Origin: Candidatus Binatia bacterium
GTDB lineage: Bacteria; Desulfobacterota; Binatia; UBA9968; JAJDTQ01
Direction: 5' to 3'
DNA length: 64,000 nucleotides
NCBI GenBank assembly: GCA_022823055.1
Contig: JAJDXX010000235.1
Location: 1,308 to 65,307 of the forward strand
Both the position numbers and the translations under genes were made by a program. The notes beneath the pieces are model-generated. The model saw only the letters and a program-made list of their open reading frames with translations, was not told the origin of the DNA and did no database searches. This document shows positions 29,319 through 38,130 of this stretch, piece by piece (position 1 is the stretch's first letter; each line of letters opens with the position of its first letter).

Positions 29319-31301
29319 ATGAACATCACCCTGGTCATCGAGGAACGCACGCCCTTTGCCGAAGGAGCTGACTCCGGCCCGGTGGGCGCATACGAACGGA
29401 TCAAGGGACGGGCGTGTTTCGCCATCGACCCGCGCCATGCCGCCAACCGGAAGATCGTGGACCTGTCGCTGGCGCCCGCCGGCGACGGCGGCCTGGTGGA
29501 GTACTCGACGGAGTTCTTCATCGTCAAGCCCGTGGACATGAGCCGCGGCAACCGGCGGCTGCTCTACGACGTCAACAACCGCGGCAACAAGCGCGCGCTT
29601 CAGTTCTTCAACGACGCCCCTCCCAACAACGATCCGCGCACGGCGGAAGACGCCGGCCACGGATTCCTGATGCGCCGGGGCTACACGGTGGTGTGGTGCG
29701 GCTGGCAGGGCGACCTGCTCCCGGGAGACGGGCGCCTGACCATGGACCTGCCCGTCGCCGCCGGACCCGACGGGCCGGTCACCGGACCTCTCCGGGCCGA
29801 GTACATCGTCGAGCAGCCCGGGGTGACGACCGTATCCCTGGGCGGGCACGACTATATCCGGCCCTGTCCGGCCGTGGACCTGGACACGGAGCGGGCCAGC
29901 CTCACGTGCCGGCGGTTGCAGCAGGACCCGCGCGAGCCCGTACCTCCAGGCGACTGGCGGTTCGCCGCCGCGGACGCGGCCGGCAACGTCTGGCCGTCGG
30001 ACACGAGCTGCCACCTGCCCGGGGGGTTCCGGCCCGGCTGGATCTATGAACTGATCTACACCGCCAAGGATCCGCTGGTCCTGGGGCTCGGCTTTGCCGC
30101 CGTGCGCGACCTCATCGACTTCCTGCGCCATGCCGACGAGGACGCTGCCGGACAGGCCAATCCGTTGCGCGAAGGGTCGCCGGGCATCGAGAAAGCCTAT
30201 GGCTGGGGACGCTCCCAGAGCGGCCGTTTCCTGCGCGGTTTCGTCTACGAGGGTTTCAACGTCTCGGACGGCGACCGGCGCATCTTCGACGGCATCTTCT
30301 CCCACGTGGCGGGAGGCGGACGGCTGCAGCTCAACTACCGCTTCGCACAGCCCGACCGCTATCCGCGCCAGCACGAGGACCACCTCTATCCGTCGGAGGA
30401 GTTCCCCTTCGCCTACGGCAGCACCCAAGACCCGTTTACCGGAAAACAGGACGCCGTCCTGAAACGGCCGGAGACGGACCCCCGGGTCATCCACACGCAG
30501 ACCGCCACAGAGTACTGGCAGCGGCGTGGCTCTCTGGTGCACACGGACCCCAGCGGCAACGACCTCCCGGAGCACGAGAACGCCCGGGTCTACCTGCTCT
30601 CGTCCCTGCAGCACAACGACGCGGCCGCCGCCCTGGAAGGCGGAGTGCCGCGATATCCGCTGAACCCGCTGCCCGCCAACCCGGTGCTCCGGGCCCTCCT
30701 GAGCGACCTGGACGAGTGGGTGACGGACGGCGTGGCGCCCCCCGACAGCCGCGTTCCGCGGCGGTCCGACGGCGGGCTCGTCAACGGCAAGGCTTTCCGA
30801 AACGGCTTCCCGGCGGTGCCGGGGAGCGCCTGTCCCGAACCCCACGCGATGCACCCCGTGGACCGCGGGGCGGATTTCGCCAACGGGGTCATCGCGAGCG
30901 AGCCGCCGCGGGAAGACTTGACCCGCGAGTATCCGGTCCTGGTGCCCGCGGTGGACGCAGACGGCAACGAGACCGCGGGAGTCCGGGTGCCGGAGGTGAC
31001 CGCACCCCTGGCCACCTACGTGGGCTGGAACCTGCGCAAGGACTCGGAAGTGATGGCGGGCATCGTCGGCAGCGCCCTGCCCTTCGCCGTGACCGAGCGG
31101 GCGCGTGCCGCGCAAAAGGACCCGCGCCCTTCCATCGAGGCGCGCTATCCCTCGCGGGGGGCTTATCTGGGCGAGGTGCGCGCCGCCGCCGAGGAACTCA
31201 GGGAGCGGCGCCTGTTGCTGGCCGAGGACGTGGAGCGCTGCGTAGCGCTGGCGGGCAAACGCTGGGACGCGCGGCGGGGAAACGGGTCCGGGAACGCATA
31301 G
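29319..31301 (+). CDS. Large alpha/beta-hydrolase-domain protein of unknown function (~660 aa)
   Basis: GAGGA SD 6 nt before ATG 29319; the track ORF starts at 29271. ...RLLYDVNNRGNKR..., ...GYTVVWCGWQGD... and nucleophile-elbow-like ...GWGRSQSGRFL... resemble the uncharacterised Abhydrolase_10-type family. Assigned from memory, without a search. Confidence 0.6.
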   Translation: MNITLVIEERTPFAEGADSGPVGAYERIKGRACFAIDPRHAANRKIVDLSLAPAGDGGLVEYSTEFFIVKPVDMSRGNRRLLYDVNNRGNKRALQFFNDAPPNNDPRTAEDAGHGFLMRRGYTVVWCGWQGDLLPGDGRLTMDLPVAAGPDGPVTGPLRAEYIVEQPGVTTVSLGGHDYIRPCPAVDLDTERASLTCRRLQQDPREPVPPGDWRFAAADAAGNVWPSDTSCHLPGGFRPGWIYELIYTAKDPLVLGLGFAAVRDLIDFLRHADEDAAGQANPLREGSPGIEKAYGWGRSQSGRFLRGFVYEGFNVSDGDRRIFDGIFSHVAGGGRLQLNYRFAQPDRYPRQHEDHLYPSEEFPFAYGSTQDPFTGKQDAVLKRPETDPRVIHTQTATEYWQRRGSLVHTDPSGNDLPEHENARVYLLSSLQHNDAAAALEGGVPRYPLNPLPANPVLRALLSDLDEWVTDGVAPPDSRVPRRSDGGLVNGKAFRNGFPAVPGSACPEPHAMHPVDRGADFANGVIASEPPREDLTREYPVLVPAVDADGNETAGVRVPEVTAPLATYVGWNLRKDSEVMAGIVGSALPFAVTERARAAQKDPRPSIEARYPSRGAYLGEVRAAAEELRERRLLLAEDVERCVALAGKRWDARRGNGSGNA

Positions 31302-31304
31302 ATC

Positions 31305-31385
31305 CTCCCCGTTCGTCCTGAGCCCTTCGACAAGGCTCAGGACAGGCCTCGCGAAGCGAAGTCGAGGGACAACCTGCTTTCCCGG
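31305..31385. repeat. REP-like intergenic hairpin element between convergent genes
   Basis: CCTGAGCC-9 nt-GGCTCAGG (31317-31341) followed by CCTCG-cgaagcgaagt-CGAGG. Resembles the GTCCTGAGC...TTCGACAAGCTCAGG type intergenic repeats seen in many environmental genomes. Confidence 0.45.
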
Positions 31386-31402
31386 ACGGACTCCCGGTTA
31401 AC

Positions 31403-32185
31403 TCATTCCATCAGGCCGTTGTCCCGCAGGAACTCGATGACGAAGGCGTCGAATCCCGCGGGATCCTCGATGCAGCAGGCGTGACCCGTTCCGGGCAGCA
31501 CCCGGTGCACCGCCCCCGGCGTCAGTGCCGCGGTCTTCCGGCCGCCTTCCAGGGACATGTCGTGCTCGCCGTTGATGACCAGGGTGGGCACCTTCATCTC
31601 CGAGAGGCGCGGGGTCATGTCGGTGCCGCCACGGGCATGGAAGATCTGGGCGATGGACTTGCCCGAAAGCCACGGGTTGCGCTCAAGGAAGACGTCCAGA
31701 AGGTACTTGCCGAGCCGGGTGCTCTCGAAGCCCGGCGCCACCAGTTCCTTGATGTGCTTCCCGTGATAGGTGCTCACATCGTCCGTGTAGCCCGCGATGC
31801 GGTCGCCGATGCGCCCGCCCCCGCCGCTGCTTCCGCCCACCAGGATCACGGCCCGGAACATCTCCGGATGGTCGAGGCCCAGGAGCAGCGCGATGCCCGA
31901 CCCCACGCTGACGCCGCCGATGATCGCTTCCGTGACGCCTTCCGCCCGGCACACCGCAAGCACGTCGCCCGCCATGTCGCCCAGCGAGAACGGCGTCTCC
32001 GGCTTGTCCGACCGGCCGTAGCCCCGGATGTCCAGCGAGATCACCCGGAAGTACGTCGAGAAATGGGCCACCTGGTACATGAGGAGGTTGTGGTCGAACG
32101 GGTTGGCGTGCACCCAGATGAAGGGCAACCCCTCTCCGGACACCTCGTAGTAGATGCGGACGCTGTCGGAATCGGCATAAGGCAT
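31403..32185 (-). CDS. Alpha/beta hydrolase (intact copy)
   Basis: Inner start MPYADSDSVRIYYEVSGEGLPFIWVHANPFDH... ...ISLDIRGYGRSDKP..., nucleophile elbow ...GGVSVGSGIAL..., ...PGTGHACCIEDP... Confidence 0.85.
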   Translation of the reverse strand: MPYADSDSVRIYYEVSGEGLPFIWVHANPFDHNLLMYQVAHFSTYFRVISLDIRGYGRSDKPETPFSLGDMAGDVLAVCRAEGVTEAIIGGVSVGSGIALLLGLDHPEMFRAVILVGGSSGGGGRIGDRIAGYTDDVSTYHGKHIKELVAPGFESTRLGKYLLDVFLERNPWLSGKSIAQIFHARGGTDMTPRLSEMKVPTLVINGEHDMSLEGGRKTAALTPGAVHRVLPGTGHACCIEDPAGFDAFVIEFLRDNGLME

Positions 32186-32280
32186 GGAAAACCTCAATTC
32201 GTTCCAACCACGAAACCCGGCACACTGCAAACGGAGCAGTGATCCGGACCGATCCATCCAAATCATGCTATAATGGTCCC

Positions 32281-32451
<171 letters not shown>

Positions 32452-32534
32452 GGATTGACGCCCATCCCTCTGCCGAACGCGCTTCTCCGCCGGCGCTTTC
32501 CCGAAATCGGATCCTGTCAGCGGGAGGAAACAGC

Positions 32535-33590
32535 ATGGCTTCTTTCGAGGTGAAGGTTTACCGGATTCAGGTCGAGGAACATCCGAACGCGGATGCCCTG
32601 GAGCTGGCCCGCGTGGGCGGGTACGTGAGCCTTGTCAAGAAGGACTCATTCTCGACCGGAGACCTGGCGGTTTACATTCCCGAGGCGTCCATCGTTCCCG
32701 AGGACGTGATTCAGGAACTCGGGCTCGAGGGCCGCCTGGCCGGGAAGGCGAAGAACCGGGTCAAGGCAATCAAGCTTCGCGGCGTCCTGTCCCAGGGCCT
32801 GGTCTACCCCGTGACGGGGAACCGCCTCCACGGGGTTCCCGTGAGCGAGGGCGACGACGTGATGGAGGCTCTCGGCGTGGAGAAGTGGGAGCCCCCGATC
32901 CCGGTCCACTTGTCCGGCAAGGTGCAGAATTCTCATGGGGCAACGCTTCACTACGACATCGAGGACATCAAGAAGCATCCGGAGGTCTTCAAGGCCGGGG
33001 AAGAGGTGGGAGTCACGGAGAAGATCCACGGGACCTGGTGCTGTCTCGGCTGGAATCGGGAGCGCGGGCCGATCGTGGCGTCGAAGGGGTTGTCCTCCCA
33101 AGGGTTGTCCTTCAAGGTCGAGGACCCGGACAACGCGGACAACCTGTACGTCCGGACGTGGAAGGAGTACGGGGACGTCGTAAGGCGGCGGGCAGAGGAC
33201 CTGGGCCGGTCGGTGTACGTCCTGGGGGAGATCTTCGGCCGTTCGGTCCAGGACCTTCGATACGGCGAGAAGGCGCAGGCGTTCGCCGTCTTCGACGTGT
33301 ACGTCGGAGACCCCGGTTCCGGCAGGTATCTAACCTGGTCCGAGGTGCTGGAGTTCGCGGGCGAGGACTTCCCGATGGTTCCGGCCCTGTATCGGGGTCC
33401 GTTCGATGAAGGACTTGTCCCCGGTTGGACCACCGGCAAGACCCTGTGGGGGGACAGGGTCGACCAGATGCGAGAGGGGGTCGTGATTCGGGATTGCGCC
33501 GAAGGGCGGGATTACGAGATCGGGCGGCGGATCCTCAAGAGCGTTTCCGAGGGTTATCTCCTGCGAAAGGGAGGAACGGAGTTCAACTAA
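32535..33590 (+). CDS. ATP-dependent RNA ligase, DRB0094/Rnl5 type (N-terminal OB-like domain + nucleotidyltransferase domain)
   Basis: GGGAGGAAACAGC-ATG at 32535; the track ORF N-extension is rejected. MASFEVKVYRIQVEEHPNADALELARVGGYVSLVKKDSFSTGDLAVYIPEAS... plus the lysine-nucleotidyl motif ...VGVTEKIHGTW... 351 aa. Confidence 0.8.
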   Translation: MASFEVKVYRIQVEEHPNADALELARVGGYVSLVKKDSFSTGDLAVYIPEASIVPEDVIQELGLEGRLAGKAKNRVKAIKLRGVLSQGLVYPVTGNRLHGVPVSEGDDVMEALGVEKWEPPIPVHLSGKVQNSHGATLHYDIEDIKKHPEVFKAGEEVGVTEKIHGTWCCLGWNRERGPIVASKGLSSQGLSFKVEDPDNADNLYVRTWKEYGDVVRRRAEDLGRSVYVLGEIFGRSVQDLRYGEKAQAFAVFDVYVGDPGSGRYLTWSEVLEFAGEDFPMVPALYRGPFDEGLVPGWTTGKTLWGDRVDQMREGVVIRDCAEGRDYEIGRRILKSVSEGYLLRKGGTEFN

Positions 33591-33651
33591 CACCAGGAGT
33601 CAGCGTCGCGGGAAGGAGACTCGCTCTCCACGCTGCGCACGCCCGTGAAGG

Positions 33652-35223
33652 TCAATTCAGGATCCGGCGCGCCAGTTCCCGGGCTTCGTCGCGGGTGTCG
33701 ACGATCCGCTCGGCGGCTACGTGCTGGAGCACGTCGAAGGCGTAGAACACTTCACGTACCTTCTGCCGGATTCCCGCGAATACGATCTCGGTTCCGGACT
33801 GTCTCGCGCGGCCGATGAGGAGGGCCATGAGGTGCGCCGCGCTGTCGTCCATGTGCGTCAGGTTCGACAGGTCGAAGATCACGAGCTCGTGTTCCCTGAT
33901 GTCGTCTCCGATCATGCGCACGAGCTTCCTGGACGATGCGACCGTGAAAGCGCCGCGGAACTCCAGCAACCCGGCGCGTGCCCTGAAGGGATCGCCTTCG
34001 GTCTCCTTCCCGAAGAAGACGCTGTCGAGCAGAGGGACCGAGATCACGCTATCCAGCTCGAGCTGCTCCAGGCGGTCCGTGTTGATGACACTGGCCGCGA
34101 TCACGCCGAAGATGACGGCGATGAGCGGATCCACGAAGCACGCCAACCCCATGGTGATGAGCATGACGACAACGAAGTCGGTCCGGATCGTGAAGATCCT
34201 GCGCAGGAACCGCCATTCGATCAGGCCCATTCCGACACGGAGAATGATGGCGGAGAGCGCGGCAATGGGAACCCATGAGACATAGGGGCCGAAGAATGCC
34301 AAGGCGGCCGCCAGAAGAAGCGCCGTGATGACCCCGGCCATGACCGTGCGGCCGCCGAAGCGGATGACCGTCAGCGTGTTGAGATTGCCGGAGCCGGGCA
34401 TCGTGCCGACGAAACCGGCGGTGATGTTGGCGACCCCGAGGGAAACCAGTTGCCGGTTTGAATTATGCTGGCCGCCGGTGAAGGTATCGGCCGTAATGGC
34501 GAGCAGGAGGGTGTAGGCGGTACTGATCAGGGCCAACACGATGGCCGAATGGAGCGCACTGCCCAGGGAGCCGGCGGACGGCATCGATATGACGGGCACG
34601 GGCAGCCCCGTCGGCAATTCGCCGAGCAGCGCGGCTCCCGGGAGGAAGAGGGAGAGAAGGATACCGGACCCGACGCCGGCCAGCGGGCCGGGAAAGTACT
34701 TTTCGATCTTCCTCGGCCAGAGCAGCATCACCGCGAGGGAAACGCCGACGATGGCGGCGTCGTCCATGCCGAGAGGGACTATCTTGGCGACCTGCGTCCA
34801 CAGGATACGCACTCCTATGCCGGACAGGAATCCGGCCATCACGATATGCGGCAAGTAGGAGGCGAAGCGTCCGATCCCGAAGAGGCCCAACAGGACCTGC
34901 ATGACGCCGGCCAGGACGGCGATGAGGGCGAGTTCGCCCAGGTCCCCGCCGTTGTCGGCGAGGATGGTGGCGACAATGACGGCTATGGCGACGCTCGGAC
35001 CGCAGACCAGTATCCTCGCACCACCGAACACCGCGGCCACGAGACCGACGATGATGAAGCAGTGAACGCCCGCGACCGGGCCCATGCCGGACACGACACC
35101 CAGGGCCATGGTGACCGGCAGGGCAGCAGCGAAACCGATCATGCCGGCCTTTGAATCGGCCCAGAGCTTCGTCCCGCTATAGGGCTCGCGGGCTTCCGAT
35201 CGCAGGGTTTCGAGGACGCCCAT
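33652..35223 (-). CDS. SulP-family anion transporter with C-terminal STAS domain
   Basis: 523 aa and multi-TM. ...VANITAGFVGTMPGSGNLNTLTVIRFGGRT... STAS tail ...VIFDLSNLTHMDDSAAHLMALL... Confidence 0.92.
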   Translation of the reverse strand: MGVLETLRSEAREPYSGTKLWADSKAGMIGFAAALPVTMALGVVSGMGPVAGVHCFIIVGLVAAVFGGARILVCGPSVAIAVIVATILADNGGDLGELALIAVLAGVMQVLLGLFGIGRFASYLPHIVMAGFLSGIGVRILWTQVAKIVPLGMDDAAIVGVSLAVMLLWPRKIEKYFPGPLAGVGSGILLSLFLPGAALLGELPTGLPVPVISMPSAGSLGSALHSAIVLALISTAYTLLLAITADTFTGGQHNSNRQLVSLGVANITAGFVGTMPGSGNLNTLTVIRFGGRTVMAGVITALLLAAALAFFGPYVSWVPIAALSAIILRVGMGLIEWRFLRRIFTIRTDFVVVMLITMGLACFVDPLIAVIFGVIAASVINTDRLEQLELDSVISVPLLDSVFFGKETEGDPFRARAGLLEFRGAFTVASSRKLVRMIGDDIREHELVIFDLSNLTHMDDSAAHLMALLIGRARQSGTEIVFAGIRQKVREVFYAFDVLQHVAAERIVDTRDEARELARRILN

Positions 35224-35224
35224 T

Positions 35225-35542
35225 CTATTGCATCAACCCATTGTCCCGCAGGGAACTCCATGACCAGGGCGTCGAACACGGGTTGCGCTCCAGGAAGATG
35301 TCCAGCAGGTATTTTCCCAGCCGGGTGCTCTCCAAACCCGGCGCCACCAGCTCCTTGATGTGCTTCTCGTGATACGTTGTCACGTCGTCCGTGTAACCCT
35401 CGATGCGGTCGCCGGTGCGCCCTCCCCCGCCGCTGCTTCCACCCACCAGGATCACGGCCCGGAACCTCTCCGGATGGTCCAGCCCCAGCAGCGCGGTTGG
35501 GTCGTTCCAACCACGAAAACAGCCGCACTGCAAACAAACCAT
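35225..35542 (-). pseudogene. Alpha/beta hydrolase remnant (decayed duplicate of 31403-32185 with two internal deletions)
   Basis: ...LLGLDHPERFRAVILVGGSSGGGGRTGDRIEGYTDDVTTYHEKHIKELVAPGLESTRLGKYLLDIFLERNP... is about 85% identical to the middle of the intact copy. The N-terminal (nucleophile) and C-terminal thirds are missing. Confidence 0.75.
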
Positions 35543-35556
35543 GCTATAGAAGCGGC

Positions 35557-35946
35557 ATGCCGGACAACGAGAACGTCCGCCTGGACAAGTGGCTGTGGGC
35601 CGCGCGTTTCTTCAAGACACGCTCGCTCGCGGCCGCGGCTGCCCAAGGCGGCAAGGTCCAGATCGGTGGTGACCGCGCCAAGCCGGCCCGGGCCGTTCGC
35701 GTCGGGGACGAACTGCAGATCCGGCGCGGCCCCTACGAGTGGGCGGTGACGGTCAAGGGCCTGTCGACAAGGCGAGGTCCCGCCAAGGAGGCCGCACTGC
35801 TCTACGAAGAGACCGAGGAAAGCGTGCGCAACCGGGATGCGGCGCGCGCCCGGATCCAGGCCGAAGCAACTCCCTTCCGGGAACGCGGCGGGCGCCCCAC
35901 CAAGAAGGACCGCAGGGACTGGGCGCGCTTGGCATCGGACGACTAG
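35557..35946 (+). CDS. hslR: Ribosome-associated heat-shock protein Hsp15 (S4 RNA-binding domain), intact copy
   Basis: MPDNENVRLDKWLWAARFFKTRSLAAAAAQGGKVQIGGDRAKPARAVRVGDELQIRRG...AALLYEETEESV...KKDRRDW aligns along its length with E. coli HslR. -10-like TGcTATAGA lies 6 nt upstream of the ATG and there is no SD. Confidence 0.9.
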   Translation: MPDNENVRLDKWLWAARFFKTRSLAAAAAQGGKVQIGGDRAKPARAVRVGDELQIRRGPYEWAVTVKGLSTRRGPAKEAALLYEETEESVRNRDAARARIQAEATPFRERGGRPTKKDRRDWARLASDD

Positions 35947-35967
35947 CCCCCGCCGGAATTCCTGTAC

Positions 35968-35996
35968 GTGGGTAAAATAGCCGCTATTTTACCCAC
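35968..35996. repeat. 29-bp perfect AT-rich palindrome GTGGGTAAAATAGC-c-GCTATTTTACCCAC between convergent hslR and cinA
   Basis: 14-bp arms with a single central nucleotide. The only strongly AT-rich sequence in this interval. May be a protein-binding site or a bidirectional terminator-like hairpin. Confidence 0.5.
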
Positions 35997-36038
35997 ATGT
36001 CCGAAACGGCACTTGTTCCCCGATTGGCGGAGGCCGCC

Positions 36039-37286
36039 TTACATCCCCTCCAGCAGCACGGTGCGGATCATCGAGATGGCGTTGAGGCTCATGCGGGTGC
36101 GGTCTGGGCCGCCGCGGCCGCCGAGGTTGTAGGTGCGGGTCTGGAACTTCTCGCCGTCGGTCACCGAGATGTAGGTCTGGCCCCTGGCGAGGTTCACGGC
36201 GGTGTCGCCCGGGTTCTCCACCGCGTGGAGCGCCAGGCCCAGGTCGCTGCCGGCCTGCCGCCGGATGGTCCAGGCCAGTTCCTCGGTGAGCGCCTCGGGC
36301 TGCTCCAGCAACGCTTCGGCGTCGTCCGGCCGGCGTGAGTTCGCCAGCAACCTGCGCGTCCCCCGCTCTCCCGGCGCCACCATGCCCTCCACGAAGTGCT
36401 CCTTGCTGGCGCGCTGCAGGCGGTCGGCCACGAGGCCGGCCGTCATGTCCTCGAACACGGCCACGCTGCAGTCCTTTTCCTGGAGCAGCCGGCCCACCGC
36501 GTCCTCCATGGTCTCGTCATCCACGGCGAAGATGTGGGTGGTGAGGAGCTCGCGGACCTGCGCCTCCACCGGCGCGATGAGCTTCATGGCTTCCTCGCGG
36601 CTCGACGCCTTGGCGGTGATGCGCACGTCCACCTGTCCGGGATGGGCGAGCACCCCCACCGTGGGGTTGCTTGAGTTGGCGATGAGGTCGCCGATCTCGT
36701 GGTCCACGGAGCTCTCGCCCATGTCGGTTACCTTGAGCACCCGGTAGGTGATGGTCTCCGAGAGGTCCCACTTGCGCCGCGCGTACGGGGTGACCTCGTT
36801 CTCGAAGAGCCACTTCATCTCGTGGGGCACGCCCGGCAGCGCGAAGACCACGCCCTTCTCGTGCTCGACGATGAACGACGGCGCGGTGCCGTTGGGGTTC
36901 TCCACCGGGATGGCGCCCTCGGGGATGTCGGCCTGGCGCTCGTTGTTGGGGGTCATGATCATGCCGCGGCGGCGGAAGCGGCGGTCGATCTGATCCAGCA
37001 GGCCCGGGTCACGCACCAGCTTGCGGCCGCACACCTCGGCGATGATCTCCCGGGTGAGGTCGTCCTGGGTGGGCCCGAGCCCGCCGCTGGTGATGACGAA
37101 GTCCGCCCGGTCCAACGCCCGGCCGATGACGTCCTTCATGCGTCCGGGGTTGTCGCCGACGATAGTCTTGAAGAAAAGGTTGACGCCCAAGTCCGACAGG
37201 CGCTGGGCCATCCACGCGGAGTTGGTGTCCACGATCTGCCCCAGCAGCAGCTCCGATCCGATGGCGACGATTTCAGCGTTGGGCAC
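36039..37286 (-). CDS. cinA: CinA family protein (MoCF-binding domain + nicotinamide-nucleotide amidohydrolase PncC domain)
   Basis: 415 aa. MPNAEIVAIGSELLLGQIVDTNSAWMAQRL...ITSGGLGPTQDDLTRE... Confidence 0.9.
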   Translation of the reverse strand: MPNAEIVAIGSELLLGQIVDTNSAWMAQRLSDLGVNLFFKTIVGDNPGRMKDVIGRALDRADFVITSGGLGPTQDDLTREIIAEVCGRKLVRDPGLLDQIDRRFRRRGMIMTPNNERQADIPEGAIPVENPNGTAPSFIVEHEKGVVFALPGVPHEMKWLFENEVTPYARRKWDLSETITYRVLKVTDMGESSVDHEIGDLIANSSNPTVGVLAHPGQVDVRITAKASSREEAMKLIAPVEAQVRELLTTHIFAVDDETMEDAVGRLLQEKDCSVAVFEDMTAGLVADRLQRASKEHFVEGMVAPGERGTRRLLANSRRPDDAEALLEQPEALTEELAWTIRRQAGSDLGLALHAVENPGDTAVNLARGQTYISVTDGEKFQTRTYNLGGRGGPDRTRMSLNAISMIRTVLLEGM

Positions 37287-37322
37287 GATGCGCTCCTGTT
37301 CCGTGTTCGTTGGTGACTTACG

Positions 37323-37640
37323 TCAGGCGACAGCTCCGAGGCCGTTCTTCGCGACCAGCGTCAACAGCTTCAACGAGGCGCCCCTGGGCCGCTTCTCTCC
37401 CCGCTCCCATTGGCTCACCAAACTCGTGGTCACGTTGAGGTGCCGGGCGAAGACCGCCTGACTCGCGTTCTCGCGAATCCGGAGTTCGCGGATCTTCTCC
37501 GCCGTCATCTCCTCAATCGGCGTGAGACACATCTCGTCGAAGACCTTCATGGTCCGCTTGGGCATGACCCCGGCTTCTGCCAAACCCACCGCTGTCTCGT
37601 GCACGGCGGCCAGGGCCTCACTCTTGTACTGCTTAGCCAT
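37323..37640 (-). CDS. XRE-family HTH antitoxin (YiaG/NadS-like, COG2944 type)
   Basis: 105 aa. ...IRELRIRENASQAVFARHLNVTTSLVSQWERGEKRPRGASLKLL... Overlaps the upstream toxin gene by 8 nt. Confidence 0.8.
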   Translation of the reverse strand: MAKQYKSEALAAVHETAVGLAEAGVMPKRTMKVFDEMCLTPIEEMTAEKIRELRIRENASQAVFARHLNVTTSLVSQWERGEKRPRGASLKLLTLVAKNGLGAVA

Positions 37641-38007
37641 CTTCCGTCACCTCGATGATCGTTCCATTCGCCAGCGCTGCCTGAAGGTCCACCTCGTCCA
37701 GCTTGAGCATCTCGTCCGCCAGCAGTCGGAAAGCCCCCAGTTCGTCCCGGCGGAGATTCTGCCGATCACTCTTGGCGAACCCATAGACAAAAAACGCGAG
37801 TTCGCCCCTTCGGAACAGCACGATCGAACGGAACCCGCCGGACCTGCCTTGACCCTTCCGGGCAATACGCTGCTTGATGACTCCTCCACCGAGATCAGCA
37901 TCGATCAGGCCCTCTCCGGCGCGCCGAACCGCGTCGCGCAAGGCCGCATCATCCATCCCCTCACGGTCAGCGAAGCGGGCGAACACCTTGGTCTTGAAGG
38001 TACGCAA
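37633..38007 (-). CDS. Type II toxin, RelE/ParE-superfamily (COG4737/DUF1044-like), toxin-first arrangement
   Basis: 124 aa. MRTFKTKVFARFADREGMDDAALRDAV...GGGVIKQRIARKGQGRSGGFRSIVLFRRGELAFFVYGFAKSDRQNL... is the typical family pattern. Paired with the XRE antitoxin. Confidence 0.75.
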   Translation of the reverse strand: MRTFKTKVFARFADREGMDDAALRDAVRRAGEGLIDADLGGGVIKQRIARKGQGRSGGFRSIVLFRRGELAFFVYGFAKSDRQNLRRDELGAFRLLADEMLKLDEVDLQAALANGTIIEVTEDG

Positions 38008-38130
38008 TCCGGACCTCGCCGTCGCATTTCATCATCGTCTAACCTATAGCACCAAGTGTGATGGTTATCAATCCATGCGCGCTAGCGTCCTGAAGCAGCA
38101 CTGCCTCCCGTGAAACTCCCAGCACCCACG

